Of a stretch of DNA of 64,000 bases, positions 63,250 through 64,000 are shown piece by piece. A program made the translations under genes and the position numbers. Below the pieces are notes generated by a model that was not told the DNA's origin, did not search any database, and saw only the letters and a list, made by a program, of their open reading frames with translations. Origin of the DNA: Octopus vulgaris. Its lineage: Eukaryota. Position 1 is the first letter of the stretch. The number at the start of each line of letters is the position of its first letter. The stretch lies in assembly GCA_951406725.2 (NCBI GenBank), contig OX597820.1:127224001-127288000 (forward strand), given 5' to 3'.

Positions 63250-63550
63250 ACTGTACCGACCAGAATATCAGATGTGGTTATACACAACTGGTCATAATGC
63301 ACTTTATCACATTGTTTTCGCTTTCAAATGATGCTATCTTGCTAGTTCGGCTGCAGGCCAACATTCCGTCTGAACCACCGAATGCCAATCCGTCTGAACA
63401 AGTTTACTTATTAACAGCAGCTGAGTGGACTGAAGTAGTGTGAAACAGTGTTTGGCTCAAGAACATAACAACGGTGCCCAATCTGGGAATCAAAACTGCA
63501 ATCTCACTATCATGAGTGCAACACCCAAACCACTAGGCCATGTGCCTTCA
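63250..63550 (-). mobile_element. tRNA-derived SINE with family D head and a different tail
   Basis: Shares GCTGAGTGGACTGAAG...AACCACTA..GTGCCTTCA with 25729-25853; the 3' body is unrelated. Confidence 0.7.
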
Positions 63551-63625
63551 TTTGTGTGTGTGGGTGTGGGTGTGTGTATTCTTTTACTTGTTTCAGTTGG
63601 CTGACTGCAGCCAGGCTGGTGCACT

Positions 63626-63802
63626 TTTATACTCTAGGCACAAGGCCTGACATTTTTGGAGAGGGGGCCAGTCGATTTGATCGACCCCCAAAAGGATGAA
63701 AGACAGTCGACCTCGGCAGAATTTGAACTCAGAATGTAGACAGACGAAATGCCACTAAATATTTCACCCAACATGCTAACGTTTCTGCCAGCTCACCGCC
63801 TT
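63626..63802 (-). mobile_element. SINE family B inserted into a family A tail
   Basis: 16-bp TSD-like flanks GCCAGGCTGGTGCACT / GCCATGCTGGAGCACT. Confidence 0.8.
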
Positions 63803-64000
63803 GCCATGCTGGAGCACTGCCAATATATGTGTGTGTGTGTATATATATAGGAAATAGTGGCACAACAAGGTACCAGTTTTTGCTGGAGATAGCAGTCGAT
63901 GACTGTACAATGCTAGGTAAAACTTCACTGAATGTGTGCAGGCAGCCAACATAAGAAAATTTTCGTCTTATCTCTGGGAAGAATTCCAGAGAAATGGACA

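Overview
AT-rich, microsatellite- and transposon-dense animal genomic DNA. The SINE and MITE families look like those of Octopus (coleoid cephalopod); this is inferred from recalled repeat sequences, not from a search. Nearly all ORFs in the supplied track are artefacts of microsatellites or SINEs. The window lies mostly within introns of one large + strand gene. Four phase-compatible coding exons can be read directly (10879-11030, 27031-27075, 52241-52433, 56123 to 56220/56325/56505). They encode a Ser/Pro/Tyr-rich, probably disordered N-terminal region that I cannot assign to a family, and the gene probably continues beyond the window. The rest consists of tRNA-derived SINEs (labelled families A-F here, with swapped head and tail modules), RTE and R4/Dong LINE fragments, mariner, pogo-like, hAT and piggyBac-type MITEs, a Helitron, and several fold-back elements. 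The most unusual signals are: a degenerate Penelope-type minimal hammerhead ribozyme inverted repeat inside a nested dsRNA-forming cluster (48.2-50.3 kb), inverted repeats bracketing exon 3, three same-phase alternative donors on exon 4, and modular SINE shuffling. I found no evidence for a self-contained novel multi-gene system.
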